A stretch of 64,000 nt of DNA from an uncultured Hormoscilla sp. GTDB lineage: Bacteria; Cyanobacteriota; Cyanobacteriia; Cyanobacteriales; Desertifilaceae. This document shows positions 34,124 to 46,694 of the stretch, in pieces; positions within the stretch are counted from its first letter, which is position 1; the number at the start of each line of letters is the position of its first letter. The notes under the pieces are model-generated. The model was not told where the DNA came from, ran no database searches, and worked only from the letters and a program-made list of their open reading frames with translations. The translations under genes were made by a program, and so were the position numbers. The stretch is taken from the NCBI GenBank assembly GCA_963921275.4, contig OZ001293.3:1056001-1120000 (forward strand), in the 5' to 3' direction.

Positions 34124-35665
34124 CTAGAGCGTCGGTCAAGTAGAAACGATTGACAAAATTGCTATCTCAATGCATCTGGAGACGTCAGTAGCGAGTTGTT
34201 ATCTTGTCTGGGGACTGAAATCCTTATCCTGTGGGGGGGTACGGCGTCCCAAACATGCACCAGTTATGAAAAAAGTGGTCATATGTCCAATCCACATTCC
34301 ACACTTCACTTTGTGACATATCTAGTCATAGGCCAAACCTCCCAAATACTGCACTGTTAATATCTGGTAGTACGTAAATTATGGGAATTTTGGTAAAGAG
34401 CAAGGTAGAAAATTTATCCAATACATGGCCAGAGCCATAACCTTGCATCAAACGTTCTATACGATCTGCATGTTCGACTTGAGTCTCTGTAATGCCAAAA
34501 CCTCGAGTTTTGAAATCCGAAAACATGGGTTCAATTCCCCAGCGAATCCCATAATCTCTTGTTTTGTATTCAGAAGCAGGACAATCCCTAGCTATGATCC
34601 AAGGTTCGTCATAGCCTGGGTCTTGAAGAATTCCAATGTTAGTTTTTACCTTGGTTGCGTTAAAGCAAGCTCCCTTGAGTACTTTTACTCCCCGTGCGGC
34701 TGCATCTCTACCATTAATTTCTCCTCCCAGTATCACTTGACATAGCGTGATATTATATATTATCACGCATGTCAAGTGATACTGCCCTGATGTTGGAAAA
34801 TCAGATTACCCTTCAGGCGAATTCTGTAGCTACATTGATGGATGATTTTGACACCATTCAACCAACGTGCCATAAAACCTGTCAGCCATCAACAAGATGG
34901 AAAAGTCATCATCCAGCAGCTCATCGACTTTTTCAAGTAATTGTTTTGGCTCGGTGAACTCTATGGAGCCCTTGGTTTTTTTCACGTACCATAGCCTTGG
35001 CTTGGACCTCCATCCCATGCTTACACTCACCATCAGCACTTCAAAACCATTTCCCACTTTGCTTTGGTCTAATATTAGGAGCAACTGCTCTCCAGAAGCG
35101 GTTAGCTTCACACAACTCCCGTCCATAAGAAGCCATTACCAAAGCAATGTCCACCTAGTCACTGGCGAGAAACCGGCTGATATAAAGATGCGCGTTTTTC
35201 TTTGTGTTTGATTGTCAGAGGTAAGGCGGCTGCCAAGACCATTAAATTCGCAGTTCTATCTGACAGCATGCAACCGATCAAATTTGCCAAACCTAGTCGC
35301 TTGGGTTTGCTCAAACCTAGATCGCGTTGTTCGATATCTGCCAAGATATCGAACAAATTTTATGAATGCCACCTGATTCCATATATAGATATTTATCTGT
35401 GAAAACGCTTTCGAATTAACAATCCATATTATTCCCTAATTGTGCAACAGCAAGGCTCTGCTGGAGCGAGCGGAAAAATGTATCCTAGGATCCCAATGTA
35501 TTGACGGATTACATTTAGGGAGCAGTTAGAGTCTGAAACCCTTGATTTTGCCTGTAGAGTAAGTTTTACTTATCACCACAAACCCAGGAGAGCCAGCGGC
35601 TTTTTTTGTGCTATTCAGAATTATAGCAGAATTTTGAAGGGTGGCAAGCTTGACCGACGCTCTAG
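34124..35665 (-). mobile_element. Degenerate IS4-family element
   Basis: Inverted ends CTAGAGCGTCGGTCAAG (34124) and CTTGACCGACGCTCTAG (35649-35665). Transposase fragments at 35159-35356, 34830-35126 (LDQS, LMADRFYG) and 34326-34775 (EPWII, YGIRWGIEPMFSDFKTRGF). Lone matching ends at ~27005, 36911 and 63846. Confidence 0.8.
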
Positions 35666-35774
35666 GGGCATTCTAACCTATTGCCAATTTTACTTCGATA
35701 TTTCCTGGCTGCTCTTCGCTCCGTGACGGCATCCAGGAAATATCGACCATTCACCTGTTGCAGCGATTGCTATT

Positions 35775-36329
35775 ATGAGAAGTTTCCCCACCGCATCGGA
35801 AAACCCGATTTCCTCTTGGCCAACTCCAGATTTATCTAAAGCTGCTTTTGTGGCGGCAAATGCCACGGTGATGGGCTGGGTGCAGATAGGAGCCGGTGCG
35901 AGCATCTGGTATGGAGCCGTGGTGCGGGGGGATGTGGAACGGATAGAAATTGGAGAATGTACAAATATTCAGGATGGGGCGATTTTACATGGCGACCCCG
36001 ATCAGCCGACGATAATAGCCGATTATGTCACGGTAGGTCATCGGGCAGTGATTCACAGTGCCTATATTGAACGGGGTAGTCTGATTGGTATTGGTGCGGT
36101 GGTACTCAATGGAGTGCGGGTAGGGTCCAGTAGCATCATCGGTGCAGGTGCGGTGGTGACCAAGGATGTGCCGCCTCATTCCCTGGTGCTGGGGGTTCCG
36201 GCTCAGTGGGTACGGGAGGTTTCCCCAACGAAAGCCAAAGAACTGATCGAACATGCTCAGCATTATCAACAACTGGCGCTGGTGCATGCTGGCAAAGGGA
36301 CCAACCCGGGGTTCTCCCAGCCCCATTGA
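35775..36329 (+). CDS. Gamma carbonic anhydrase family (hexapeptide repeat) protein
   Basis: [32 protein letters not shown]. Confidence 0.93.
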   Translation: MRSFPTASENPISSWPTPDLSKAAFVAANATVMGWVQIGAGASIWYGAVVRGDVERIEIGECTNIQDGAILHGDPDQPTIIADYVTVGHRAVIHSAYIERGSLIGIGAVVLNGVRVGSSSIIGAGAVVTKDVPPHSLVLGVPAQWVREVSPTKAKELIEHAQHYQQLALVHAGKGTNPGFSQPH

Positions 36330-36567
36330 ACTGGGCTGTGTCCCCCGTTCGATGTACTCCGGGCGCACTACTCCTACTGCCATACTGTATCAAGTGATAC
36401 ATGTCGCACATCTAGAGGCCCTACTCGCACGTTCCCAGGCAGAGCCGTGGGAACGAGGGGGGGACACAGCGCGGCAATCTCAATTGTGAAAATCTCGCTC
36501 AGTTGGGTCAATAATATAATAATATGAGAATGATTAAAAAAACTTAAACTTGGGAGGACAACAGAAC

Positions 36568-36687
36568 ATGGACTGGCGGATTATAGTAGTTTTGCTGCCC
36601 ATTCTCGTGGCGGGCGGCTGGGCATTTTTAAGGATCGGTAAAATTGCGATCGAGCAGCTCCAGAACTTTTTGAATAAGGAAGCCTAG
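36568..36687 (+). CDS. psbY: Photosystem II protein PsbY (not in the ORF track)
   Basis: GGAGG RBS, then [39 protein letters not shown]. Confidence 0.92.
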   Translation: MDWRIIVVLLPILVAGGWAFLRIGKIAIEQLQNFLNKEA

Positions 36688-36931
36688 TGTCAGTGACCAG
36701 TGACCAGTAAGGCCAGGTTGAAATCCGGTGGAAATTTAGCACTTAGGAACGAGGATTAAACAAGATGTTCATTCGAGAAGCCCTAAAATCCTGTCAGCTA
36801 GGGTGTTTCAGGCGAATTTGACACGTTATTAAATCCTCATTCCTTATTTGGGTCACTGGTCAGTCCCTCTCCCCCTCTCCCCCTCATTCCTTTACCCAAA
36901 ATCTGTTCTACTGGACCGACGCTCTAGGTAC

Positions 36932-37110
36932 TTATCAGTGGAGCAGCTACAGCAACTAGATCTAGATGCACAATAGAGAAAGTGCTACCACCGGAGATTG
37001 GAGTAACGCAAATTGGTCGCCTGTTTCAGGTATTCCAGGCCAAGATCCAAGGACGGCTTCACTATCGCCCCCAACCCTATGCCAGTCGGATATTCCTGTT
37101 TTGTACTAGT
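36932..37110 (+). pseudogene. Short relic of an NRPS/PKS thioesterase-region sequence
   Basis: Reads LSVEQLQQLDLDAQ, then after a shift IEKVLPPEIGVTQIGRLFQVFQAKIQGRLHYRPQPYASRIFLF, resembling cyanobacterial NRPS TE lid regions; abuts an IS end at 36911-36927. Confidence 0.5.
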
Positions 37111-37858
37111 AGGGCATAATTGCTAAAATCAGCAAAGAGTGCTAACATTTGTTCCAGCACAACAATAAAGAAGAAAGGGTAGGTCAATGGAAGTGTCTCC
37201 TGGGTTTTGGGTGATAAGTAAAGCTTATAGTGACGCCAAATAAAGGGTTTCAGCCCTTAATGTGGGAAAAACGTATATGCCAATTTCTCCTCATTACCCA
37301 GGAGATCCCAATGGAACGGCAACGATATATCGTGAGGGACTTCCAAAAAATAAATTACCCAATTTCTATCGCTGTACCAACTGGTGCATATAGATTACTG
37401 GATCCTCAAGGAGGATTATTTGCTTGGAGTTCCCTAAAGAATTTTGCATGACTACTTATCGGGTGGGCACTACCCACCTGATAATTGTACTATAATTGTG
37501 TGTTTTTGTCAAGAATAATGTAGACAAAATTAGATGCGCTTACCCTGGGCGATCGAACTGCTGTGGAAATTTATCAGTGTGTGCTTAAAGTTAGACCAAC
37601 TCATTACTAAAAAATCTAGATTCGTCTTTGATTGTATATTAATGTTACAGTTGGTAAAAATAGCCCAATAATTTGGTCCTAAATAGTTAGACTATTTTAA
37701 ATATTTTATGCAGTAGGATGTTAAGAATAATCCATAGCAATGTATTAACGAGATATATTTACAAATAGGAGATGCTTCGGAGGTGGTTGACTGATAAGAT
37801 TGTTAATGTTCTGATAAAATGTCAAGATAGTAAGGATTTATCAGTAGAGAAGTAAAAT

Positions 37859-39094
37859 TTGGATATTCAGGAAATCCTCAAACCATTTCAACATTTTGGC
37901 GTCCGCCTGGGACTAGAAAGAATGCACCAGCTATTAGCTGCGAAGGGAAATCCCCATCAGCAAGTCCCAATTATTCACGTGGCGGGTACGAATGGAAAAG
38001 GATCTGTTTGCGCCTATCTGTCGGCAGTATTGACCCAGGCAGGTTATCGCGTCGGACGCTATACTTCGCCTCATTTAGTGGATTGGACGGAACGTATATG
38101 TATCAAAGAACAGCCCATCGCCTCGGAAAAACTCCAGCAACTACTGTTACAAGTCATTGATGCGATCGAACTAGGAGAAGAGTCACCCACTCAATTTGAA
38201 GTATTGACCGCTGCGGCCTGGCTGTACTTTGCCCAAGAACAATGCGATATAGCTGTGATAGAAGTAGGATTAGGGGGAAGATTGGATGCTACAAATGTAT
38301 GCGATCGCCCCTTGGTCACCATCATCACCACCATCAGTCGGGAACATTGGCAAGTCCTCGGTCCTACCCTAGCTGACATTGCCAGAGAAAAAGCCGGGAT
38401 CCTGAAACCAGGATGTCCAGCAGTCATCGGACAACTGCCACCAGCCGCAATGGCTGTGGTAAAACAGAGAATAGCAGCACTAGACTGTCCCGCTATTTAT
38501 CCGGAACTGGCAGTATACTTAGAACCAGGCTGGGCAGCATATCAAGGTAGGAAATATCCCTTGCCCTTGCTGGGAGACATGCAGCTGGGTAATTCTGCAC
38601 TGGCGATCACCTGTCTGCAAATCCTCGGGCAGCAAGGTTGGGACATTTCTGCCGAGGCCATCAGTCAGGGAATGGCAAAAACCACCTGGCCAGGGCGGAT
38701 CCAATGGACAACCTGGCGCAACCATCCTATATTAATCGATGGTGCCCACAACGGGGCCGCAGCCGCAGCATTACGCCAATATGTTGACAATCTCGACCGC
38801 CAAGCAGTAAGCTGGGTAATAGGGATGCTCTCCACCAAAGATCATTCTGAAATATTCAAAACCTTACTCCGTCCAGCTGACAAGTTATATCTAGTCCCAG
38901 TACCAGATCCTCGTGGAGCCGATCCACAACAGCTAGCAACGCTAGCTCAGAGTATATGCACAAAGTTGGCTTCTTGTCAAGCATGTCTAGATCTGATCGC
39001 AGGTCTAGAAGCAGCTGTGACAGATTCAGAAAACTTAACAGTATTGTCAGGTTCTCTCTATCTTGTAGGTGATTTCCTAGGGAGTAAGTGGTAA
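37859..39094 (+). CDS. folC: Folylpolyglutamate/dihydrofolate synthase
   Basis: IHVAGTNGKGS, YTSPHL, EVGLGGRLDATN, WPGR, IDGAHN, GSLYLVG. Confidence 0.97.
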   Translation: MDIQEILKPFQHFGVRLGLERMHQLLAAKGNPHQQVPIIHVAGTNGKGSVCAYLSAVLTQAGYRVGRYTSPHLVDWTERICIKEQPIASEKLQQLLLQVIDAIELGEESPTQFEVLTAAAWLYFAQEQCDIAVIEVGLGGRLDATNVCDRPLVTIITTISREHWQVLGPTLADIAREKAGILKPGCPAVIGQLPPAAMAVVKQRIAALDCPAIYPELAVYLEPGWAAYQGRKYPLPLLGDMQLGNSALAITCLQILGQQGWDISAEAISQGMAKTTWPGRIQWTTWRNHPILIDGAHNGAAAAALRQYVDNLDRQAVSWVIGMLSTKDHSEIFKTLLRPADKLYLVPVPDPRGADPQQLATLAQSICTKLASCQACLDLIAGLEAAVTDSENLTVLSGSLYLVGDFLGSKW

Positions 39095-39117
39095 ATTGGG
39101 AATTGGGAATTAAAAAT

Positions 39118-40239
39118 ATGGTTAATTTTCTCAAAGGTTTATTAGGAAATCGTTCTCAAGGAATAGGTGTGGAACTGACGCCAGAGAAAGTGAATATAGT
39201 CCGTCTGAGCAAAAAAGGTCAAGGATATAAATTAATCAATTTCCACTCTGCGGATGTGCCAGAAGGGGTATATAAAGAAGGACAGATCATAGACGCCCCA
39301 GAAATGGCGCAAGTGATTCAGACAGTGCTGGAAGAAAATAAGATCAAGGTAAAAAATGCGGCGACAGCAGTATCAGGAAGGGAAGCAGTAACCCGTTTAA
39401 TCCCAGTGCCAGCAGAATTGGACGACAATGAGCTGCGGGAAATGGTACTGAACCAGGAAGCAGGTTTATATTTGCCGTTTCCCCGGGAAGAAGCAGATGT
39501 AGATTATCAGAAGCTGGATCTGATGATAGATGACGATGGGATAGAAAAAGTGCGCGTCCTGCTAGTGGCAACCCGCAAGGAAGTGACAGATAACTACATG
39601 AATACATTTGAACAGGCAGGGTTGCAACTAGATATTTTAGAAATTAGCAGTTTTGCTTTGATTAGGACAATCAGAGAACAGTTGCGGCAATTTGCGCCCA
39701 CCGTTCCGGAAAAATCGGGAGCAGTGGCGATCGCCAATATAGAATATGAGGGGACGGAGATAGCGATCGCAGTAAATGGGGTGCCGCAGTTTTCGCGCAC
39801 AGTCCAGTTGGGCACGGCCCAAATTCAGACGGCTCTATCCCAAGCGATGAACCTACCGCCTTCGCGGAATACGGAATTGCTGCAAGGAATGTCGATTCCG
39901 ACGACACCAATAGATAGCGTGCGCACTGGGATGACGGGCACAAATCCCGGTGCGGCTGCTATGATTAGAGTATTGGGAGAATTGGCAGATGAACTGCGTC
40001 GATCGATTGATTTCTACGTAAATCAAGGGGAAAATCAGGAAGTGGCTCAACTGTTACTAGCAGGACCGGGTGCTGGCATTGGACAACTGGATGAATTCTT
40101 CACTCAGAGATTGTCGTTACCAAGTTCGTTTGTGGACCCGAGCGAGGTACTATCTCTAGAGTTGGATACAGAAATCCCCCCTAGCAAAAGACCGGGTTTA
40201 GGGGTAGCATTGGGATTAGGATTACGGTTTGTAACTTGA
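39118..40239 (+). CDS. pilM: Type IV pilus assembly protein PilM
   Basis: GIGVELTPEKVNI, EAGLYLPFPREEADVDYQ, ELRRSIDFY, LLLAGPGA, GVALGLGLR. Confidence 0.95.
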   Translation: MVNFLKGLLGNRSQGIGVELTPEKVNIVRLSKKGQGYKLINFHSADVPEGVYKEGQIIDAPEMAQVIQTVLEENKIKVKNAATAVSGREAVTRLIPVPAELDDNELREMVLNQEAGLYLPFPREEADVDYQKLDLMIDDDGIEKVRVLLVATRKEVTDNYMNTFEQAGLQLDILEISSFALIRTIREQLRQFAPTVPEKSGAVAIANIEYEGTEIAIAVNGVPQFSRTVQLGTAQIQTALSQAMNLPPSRNTELLQGMSIPTTPIDSVRTGMTGTNPGAAAMIRVLGELADELRRSIDFYVNQGENQEVAQLLLAGPGAGIGQLDEFFTQRLSLPSSFVDPSEVLSLELDTEIPPSKRPGLGVALGLGLRFVT

Positions 40240-40251
40240 GGTGTTAACAGC

Positions 40252-43200
40252 ATGTATAGCCTAGAGATTAATTTTCTCAAAAACAGAGGTATAGCGCAGG
40301 GTGGAGAAGGGGAAAAGCTACCTAGTACTCCGAGAAATATTGAACTCAAGGATATCGTTCCGGTGGCGGTGGGTTTGATGGTGGCAGTAGTGCTGGTGGG
40401 TGGAGCTTTGGGGATAAAAATATACCAGGATGGAGAAAATGAGAAGTTGCAAGACCTAGTGGGGCAAGTAGATAGTAGTCTCAAACAGATCCAGGCAAAA
40501 AAGAAGAAAATCGCAGTAATCAAAAAAGAGACAGAGGGGATAAATGCTCAGACGGAAGCGCTAGCAACGGTGTTTAATCAGATTAAACCATGGTCAGCAT
40601 TGTTGCAGGAAATGCGCGATCGGACGCCGGCCAGCGTGCAAATAGAAGAACTGAAACAAGTAGAAGTGGTAACGAGAATTCCGGGGAAAAACAATAAAGA
40701 AAAGCCGACTCAGCTCAAAAAACTGAGAATTGAAATAACGGGATTGGCGAGATCCTATAAGGATGTGAACGATTTTATGCTACTGCTGACGAAATCAAGT
40801 TTCTTGAGCGGGAAAACGGAACTGGTGTCAGCGAGAATGCAAAATAACCCCACGAGAGTGGAAGGAGTGGAACTGCCGCCGGTGGTCAACTATAAAATCC
40901 GCACATTCCTGTCAGATGCTCCAGCTGAAGAAATCCTGGCAGAACTAGAACGGAAAGGAGCAGTGGGATTGGCCCAAAGCACTACTCCCACTGCTACTCC
41001 CCGGCCACAAGTAACATCGCCGGTTCAATTGCCCCGGCTCCAGAACGGAGCCCCGGTTTGGCCTCAAGCCCAGAACGTGGCACCGCCCTTGCGACCAAGG
41101 GCGATCGCCCCTCCGGTAGGAGATATTTCTGTCTCAACGATCGACTCTTCGGCCAGTACCATCAATCTCGGCAGTAATGAACTGGTGCCCCGCTTAGTAT
41201 TGCGGGATGCTCCCGTCCGAGACGTGTTATCTCTCCTGGCTAGAGTTGCTGGCTTAAACATAGCGTTTAGCATAGAAAAAGCTGACGTTGGCCCAACAAT
41301 AACCCTAGATGTGGAAAACGAGCCAGTGCAAGATGTGTTTAACAACATTCTGCGGGTGACTGGTTTAGAAGCAAATCGCATGGGGCCGACAATATTTGTG
41401 GGCAAAAAACTGCCGATCGCAGCCAGTCAGATAGTGACTCGTACTTTACGACTAAATCAAGTCCCGGTGCAGAGCGCAGCGGCATTTCTGGCTATTCAGG
41501 GAGCTTTCAGCCAACGAGTTGTAACCAAGACAACCAGAACAACTCAGGGAGAGGGAGTTGGACGTGTAGTCAGAGAAGAAACAGAAACAGCAATTGAAGC
41601 CCTGACGGGGAAGCCAGACACTGAAGAAGGGATAGGACCATTGTTACTAAAAGGGTTATCAGTGGTAACGGATGAGCGTCTCAACGCGATCACGCTGATC
41701 GGGGAAGCCAGAAAAGTGGAAATGGCTACAGCCTTTTTGATTCAGCAAGACCTGCGCCGTCGCCAAGTAGCAGTGAATGTAAAAATAATTGATGTGAACT
41801 TGTCAGCGACGGATAACTTTAACAGCAGCTTCTCCTTCGGCATTGGCGATTCCTTCTTTGTGGTAGATAGTGGTCAAGGAATAGCAAATTTTGGGCGACT
41901 TACACCACCTTCAGCTGAGGACACAACATTAAATCGATTTGGTCGCCCCATCCTTCCCAACCCACTTACTCAACAGCCATTTGAGAATGACGGTCCTCGA
42001 CTTTTCCTCAATCCTGACGGCAATCAACAGATACGCGACCCCGCTAGCGGTCAATTTGTACCCGTAGGTCCTAACGCAGCTGGTTCGATATTCAGTCCCG
42101 GCGGCGTGCCTAGCAACCCTGGAATCACTGGAATTACTCCTCAGCAACTGCCAGCTGGTGCATCTGCACCTCTCTACCTGGATGCTCAGGGCATTCCCAG
42201 ACCGGCTAATGAGCTGACGATCGGTGGAGGCAATATTGCACCTTTCATTAGCCCCGAGGGAGATTTAGTTCAAGCCAGAGCATTTAGAGTGGGAATCACT
42301 GGAACGGCAGGAGTTCCCCAGCAATTCTTTGATTTTCAAGGAAATCCTAGGCTTCCCAGTCAGCTCGCTAATCCTGGCGATATCCCAGGTTTTACTGGCT
42401 CAATTCAACCTTTACTTCACCCAAATGGGACCCCTGTAACGGCTGTAACGGGGGTGCTAGGAAATCCGGGAGTTTCCACATCATCTCCTTTATTCTTTGA
42501 TGTCAACTCCATTCCTAGAACTCTCAGTCAGTTGACCATTGCTGGGGGCTCTTTTCAACCCCTGTTTGAATAGAACGAGCTGATCCAAGTAGGAACTCAG
42601 GCGACGGGTTTAATTCCTTTCATCGGCAGGGCGGCTCAATTTGCCTTCGGACTGCCCGAAGCGTTTCAGTATCCTCGACAATTCCTGGCACAGTTACAAG
42701 CTACTGTTGTCGAGAATAATGCCAAGATTCTCACCGATCCGACCCTGACAGTACAAGAAGGGGAAACAGCGACAGTAAACTTGACACAAAGAGTCCCGAT
42801 CAACGTAAGCCTTACCAGGACAATCACAGACGCAGGTGTAGTTGTAGGAGTAAGTACGATATTTGAAGAGGTGGGGCTTTTGTTACCAATTAGTATTGAG
42901 AGAATTGATGATAATGGTTTTATCACTCTCAATGTAGATCCGAGAGTATCAACAGTGATAGATACTTTTGAGATTGAGACAATAACAGCCGGGCAGCAGG
43001 TATTTCTGACTTCTAAACGAGAACTGAATTCTGGAAAAATTCGCTTGCGGGATGGTCAAACATTGATTTTGGCAGGTATAATTCAAGAGCAAGACAGAGA
43101 ACTTGTGCGGAAAATACCTATTCTAGGCGACTTGCCGATCATCGGCTCCCTGTTCCGCAGCCGAGAAAGTGAGGACGTGCGCAATGAAGTCGTGATTGTG

Positions 43201-43290
43201 ATTACGCCTCGGATTATCGAGGATACAGAACGATCGAATTTTGGGTACGGCTACAGGCCAGGTCCAGGGGTACAACAAATGATGCCCTAG
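40252..43290 (+). pseudogene. pilN/pilQ: PilN-PilQ in-frame deletion fusion; PilQ part has a premature TAG at 42571
   Basis: MYSLEINFLK...IKPWSALLQE...LERKGAVGL (PilN) runs at ~40970 straight into PilQ (PPLRPRAIAPPVGDI, LVLRDAPVRDVLSLLAR, DERLNAITLIG). After the TAG the same frame continues into the secretin domain (AKILTDPTL, GQTLILAGII, KIPILGDLPIIGSLFR). Confidence 0.9.
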
Positions 43291-43336
43291 GGTGGTTTAC
43301 CGTTCCGGAAAAATCGGAATCTCAATCGTTAATATA

Positions 43337-43491
43337 ACTCAAGTTGCGACCTACAGAACCTCAACCCCAAAATTAGTCGGCAAAATTAGCTAAAATTACC
43401 TTGTGATTTACCCAAAAAAGGCATAGTTTTGAATTTTTTTAGCAAAAATGTTGTCTCAGATGTCAAAATTTTTATAGGTAGCAACTTAGGT
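43337..43491. mobile_element. IS982-derived MITE with TAATATA target duplication
   Basis: Same TIRs as 44895-45906; internal sequence is the reverse relative of 28217-28359. Confidence 0.85.
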
Positions 43492-43621
43492 TAATATAGG
43501 AAATTGGGAAGTAAAAATGGAAAATAGAAAGTAGGGTATGCCGTGCCCACTGTCATCCGCTACAAAATAACTCGAAAGTAGGGCAAGAGCCACTGCAAAA
43601 ATAGTAGAAGGAGGTGGAAAA

Positions 43622-46600
43622 ATGGCAACGATCGCAGGCACGCCGGGGAACGATTTCCTATTGGGAACCCTAGAGTCGGATATCATTCTGGCAGCACAAG
43701 GGAATGACAATATAGATGGGAGTTTGAGTAACGATACCATCTTCGGCGGCAAAGATAATGACTTTGTGCGCGGTGGGGAAGGCTTTGATGAGCTTTATGG
43801 AGACCTGGGCGATGACACTGTCTTGGGAGAGAATGGGTTAGACCTGATCTATGGTGGAGAGGGTAACGACTTCCTGGAAGGAAATGAGCAAAACGATGTT
43901 CTGTTTGGGAACCAAGGCAATGATACGATCTCGGCTGGAGAAAGTAATGACCGGGTGCGTGCAGGCAAAAACAACGACCTGGTGCTTGGCGGTACTGGTA
44001 GAGATACTCTCTTCGGCGACCTGGGAGACGATATCATCCACGGCGGTAAAGACAATGACAGCATTAGAGGTGGCAAAGGGGATGACCAGTTGTGTGGCGA
44101 CCTCGGTGATGATTCCATACTGGGGGATCTGGGTGACGATACCGTCTCTGGTGGGGATGGAGATGACTCGATCGGAGGAGGTAGCGACAGCACCAGAGAA
44201 GATGGTAACGATCGGCTGTTTGGCGAAGCGGGGGATGATACCATCTTTGGTCAGGCCGGGGATGACATCCTCTCCGGCGGTGATGACAATGACCTGTTGC
44301 TGGGAGGCAATGGCAGGGACGAAGTTTCTGGGGATGCCGGTAATGACACGCTCTTTGGTGGTAGCGGCGTAGATACTTTCACAGGAGGTGCTGGCTCTGA
44401 CAGCTTCACAGTCACCGCAACATCTGAGGCGGATGTTGTGCTTGACTTCCAAGATGGTCAGGATTTAATTGGTCTAGCAGAGGGACTCGCCTTTGCGGAT
44501 CTGGAGATTACTCAGGGTACAGGAGCAAATGCCAATGACGTAATTATTGAAGACACCCTCCAAGGCAATGTTTTATTAGTGATCGAGAATGTCAATTTTG
44601 ACTCGATAGACGATACAGATTTCATAGATGTTGCACTCCCCGAAGAACCGATACCACCAACACCAACACCAACACCAACACCAACACCGACCCCAACACC
44701 AACAGGTAATGGTCCCAGCATCGTCGGCGCAGAGGTACTGGTTGCCAATAGTTCAACGCCGATCGGGAATTTAGCCCAACTGACAGGGACTGGCGCTTCC
44801 AGTTTTACGATTAACAATGCTACTGGTAACACTGGTCAAGAGGTATCGGCAGCTTTTGAGATTCAGGGTAGTAACCTCAGACTGGTAAATAGTAACTCAA
44901 GTTGCGACCTATAAAAATTGGATACAAAAAGCTATGATAAAGAGAATTATTTTCAACTCTAATCCCTTAGATGTAACAGCATGAATTGACTTGGGAAACA
45001 AATTGGTGATTCGACTAAAACAGGTTTCAACTTGTTTTCTTGTTACTTTTTGTATATATTCAAAACAAGAATATTCTTTTCTTTTTGAGTTCTTTTTTCG
45101 CAAAGGTTTTAACATTATACTTGACGACTCTTTTAGTAAATTCTCTAATTGATAATCATTATAAGCTTTATCTCCATAAACTATTGAATTTGATGGTAAG
45201 TCAAAGCCAAAAGATTGCAAAACTTTAACATCATTATAACTACCAGGATCTAGATAAAATTCTATTGGCTTTCCATTTTTGTTTACCAACATATGAACTC
45301 TTAATCCATAAAAATAACGTTTTTTACTGGCAATATACCCTCGATATTCTTCCTTGTTATAAATTTGGCATCTATCAATCCTAATATTATCACATACTGG
45401 CACCGGGAAACTATCAAGAATATATTCTTGACCCGGATTGAGCTCTTTAAATGTTTGAGCTATAACTTGGAAGAAAAACATCCAAATTGGTTCCTCAATA
45501 TTGTGTAATCGACGATTGAACCTACTTTTACTTAACAGATTTTTTATATACTTGTGTTGGACCATAAATTGACAAGAGCGATCGTGGTGTCCTCCGAAAA
45601 AATATGCAGCAACTAATCCGACTGTCATCACTTCGGCATTGTTCATTTTTACTTGTGGATCTTCTTTTATATTTAACGCTTTTAGTAGCTCGTCACAAAG
45701 AACAAAAATTGTTGTAATCATATCTTCCATCATCTACATCCCCCAGCAATTAACTATTATTTTAGTACATTATAACCTATAAACAGCCAACCCGCCGTCT
45801 AGCACAAAAAAAATATAATTTTGTATCAAAAGCTACGAAATATCCCAAATATCTGTAAAGTCTAAGTGGGTAATTCATATTTTTTTTAATAGGTCGCAAC
45901 TTAGGTTAAATAGTAGTGTGTTGGCTTCAGGTATATCTGGTAATAGCTCTGTGAATCTGACAATTGCATCACAAGATGCAGAGGGAGGGACTTTAGGCAC
46001 GACTCAATTCACTGTTTACAGAGACATTGATGACGCGATTCGAGATAGCGCGATCTCTGATAACTCTGATATTAGTGATGGGACTGGGCAAGATACTGTC
46101 TTGGTGGCTTCTGGAACCTATGATGATGAGAACTTGCCCAGCAATAGTACCACTACTTTGAAGTTTTCCAGTTTGAATCAGTTTACCCTAATTCCCAATG
46201 ACCTGCCCGAAATTGCTGGGAATATCGATGGGGTACTTGTGGGTACCTCTAGCGTTGACAACCTGACTGGTGGTAGTGGTAATGACCTGTTCCTGGGTGG
46301 CGGTGATGCTGATAACCTGACTGGTGGTGGCGGTGAGAATTACTTTATCTTCACCAACCCATTGGATCGTGGTGACGATGGCGATCGTATCGATGACTTT
46401 ACCGCCGACGATCGGATTTTTGTGGAGGCCACTGCTTTCAGCTTGACTGAGACGGGCGATCGGGGAACTCTCCGGACTACTCGGTTTGCAGAGGGAAACG
46501 ATCTGGATCCAGCCAATCCTGCTGATGGTACTACTGATGATATCAGATTCGTCTACGACAACTCTAATGCTCTGTTATACTTTGACTCCAATGGTGATAA

Positions 46601-46694
46601 TGCCGGCGGCGGCAGACTGATGGCCAGCCTACCGGACGGTTTTGACCTGACTAACGATAACATTGTGGTTTTTCCAGAAACGGCTAAGGTTTAG
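43622..46694 (+). pseudogene. RTX/hemolysin-type calcium-binding repeat protein split by IS982
   Basis: GGxGxD repeats and a (PT)n linker. Removing the IS and one target copy joins ...LVNS|SVLASG into one ORF of ~683 aa. Confidence 0.9.
44895..45906 (-). mobile_element. IS982-family insertion sequence, intact (transposase 44909-45733)
   Basis: TIRs ACTCAAGTTGCGACCTAT / ATAGGTCGCAACTTAGGT; 9-bp target duplication TAAATAGTA; transposase motifs SRFNRRL, ILDSFPVPVC, GY.ASKKRYFYG, YGDKAY, RKQVET.FS; much lower GC than the flanks. Confidence 0.95.

Noticed and set aside
43838..44452. Long antisense ORFs over the RTX gene (and similar ones over RHS and RT genes)
   Set aside because: Shadows of repetitive coding sequence with no independent motifs.
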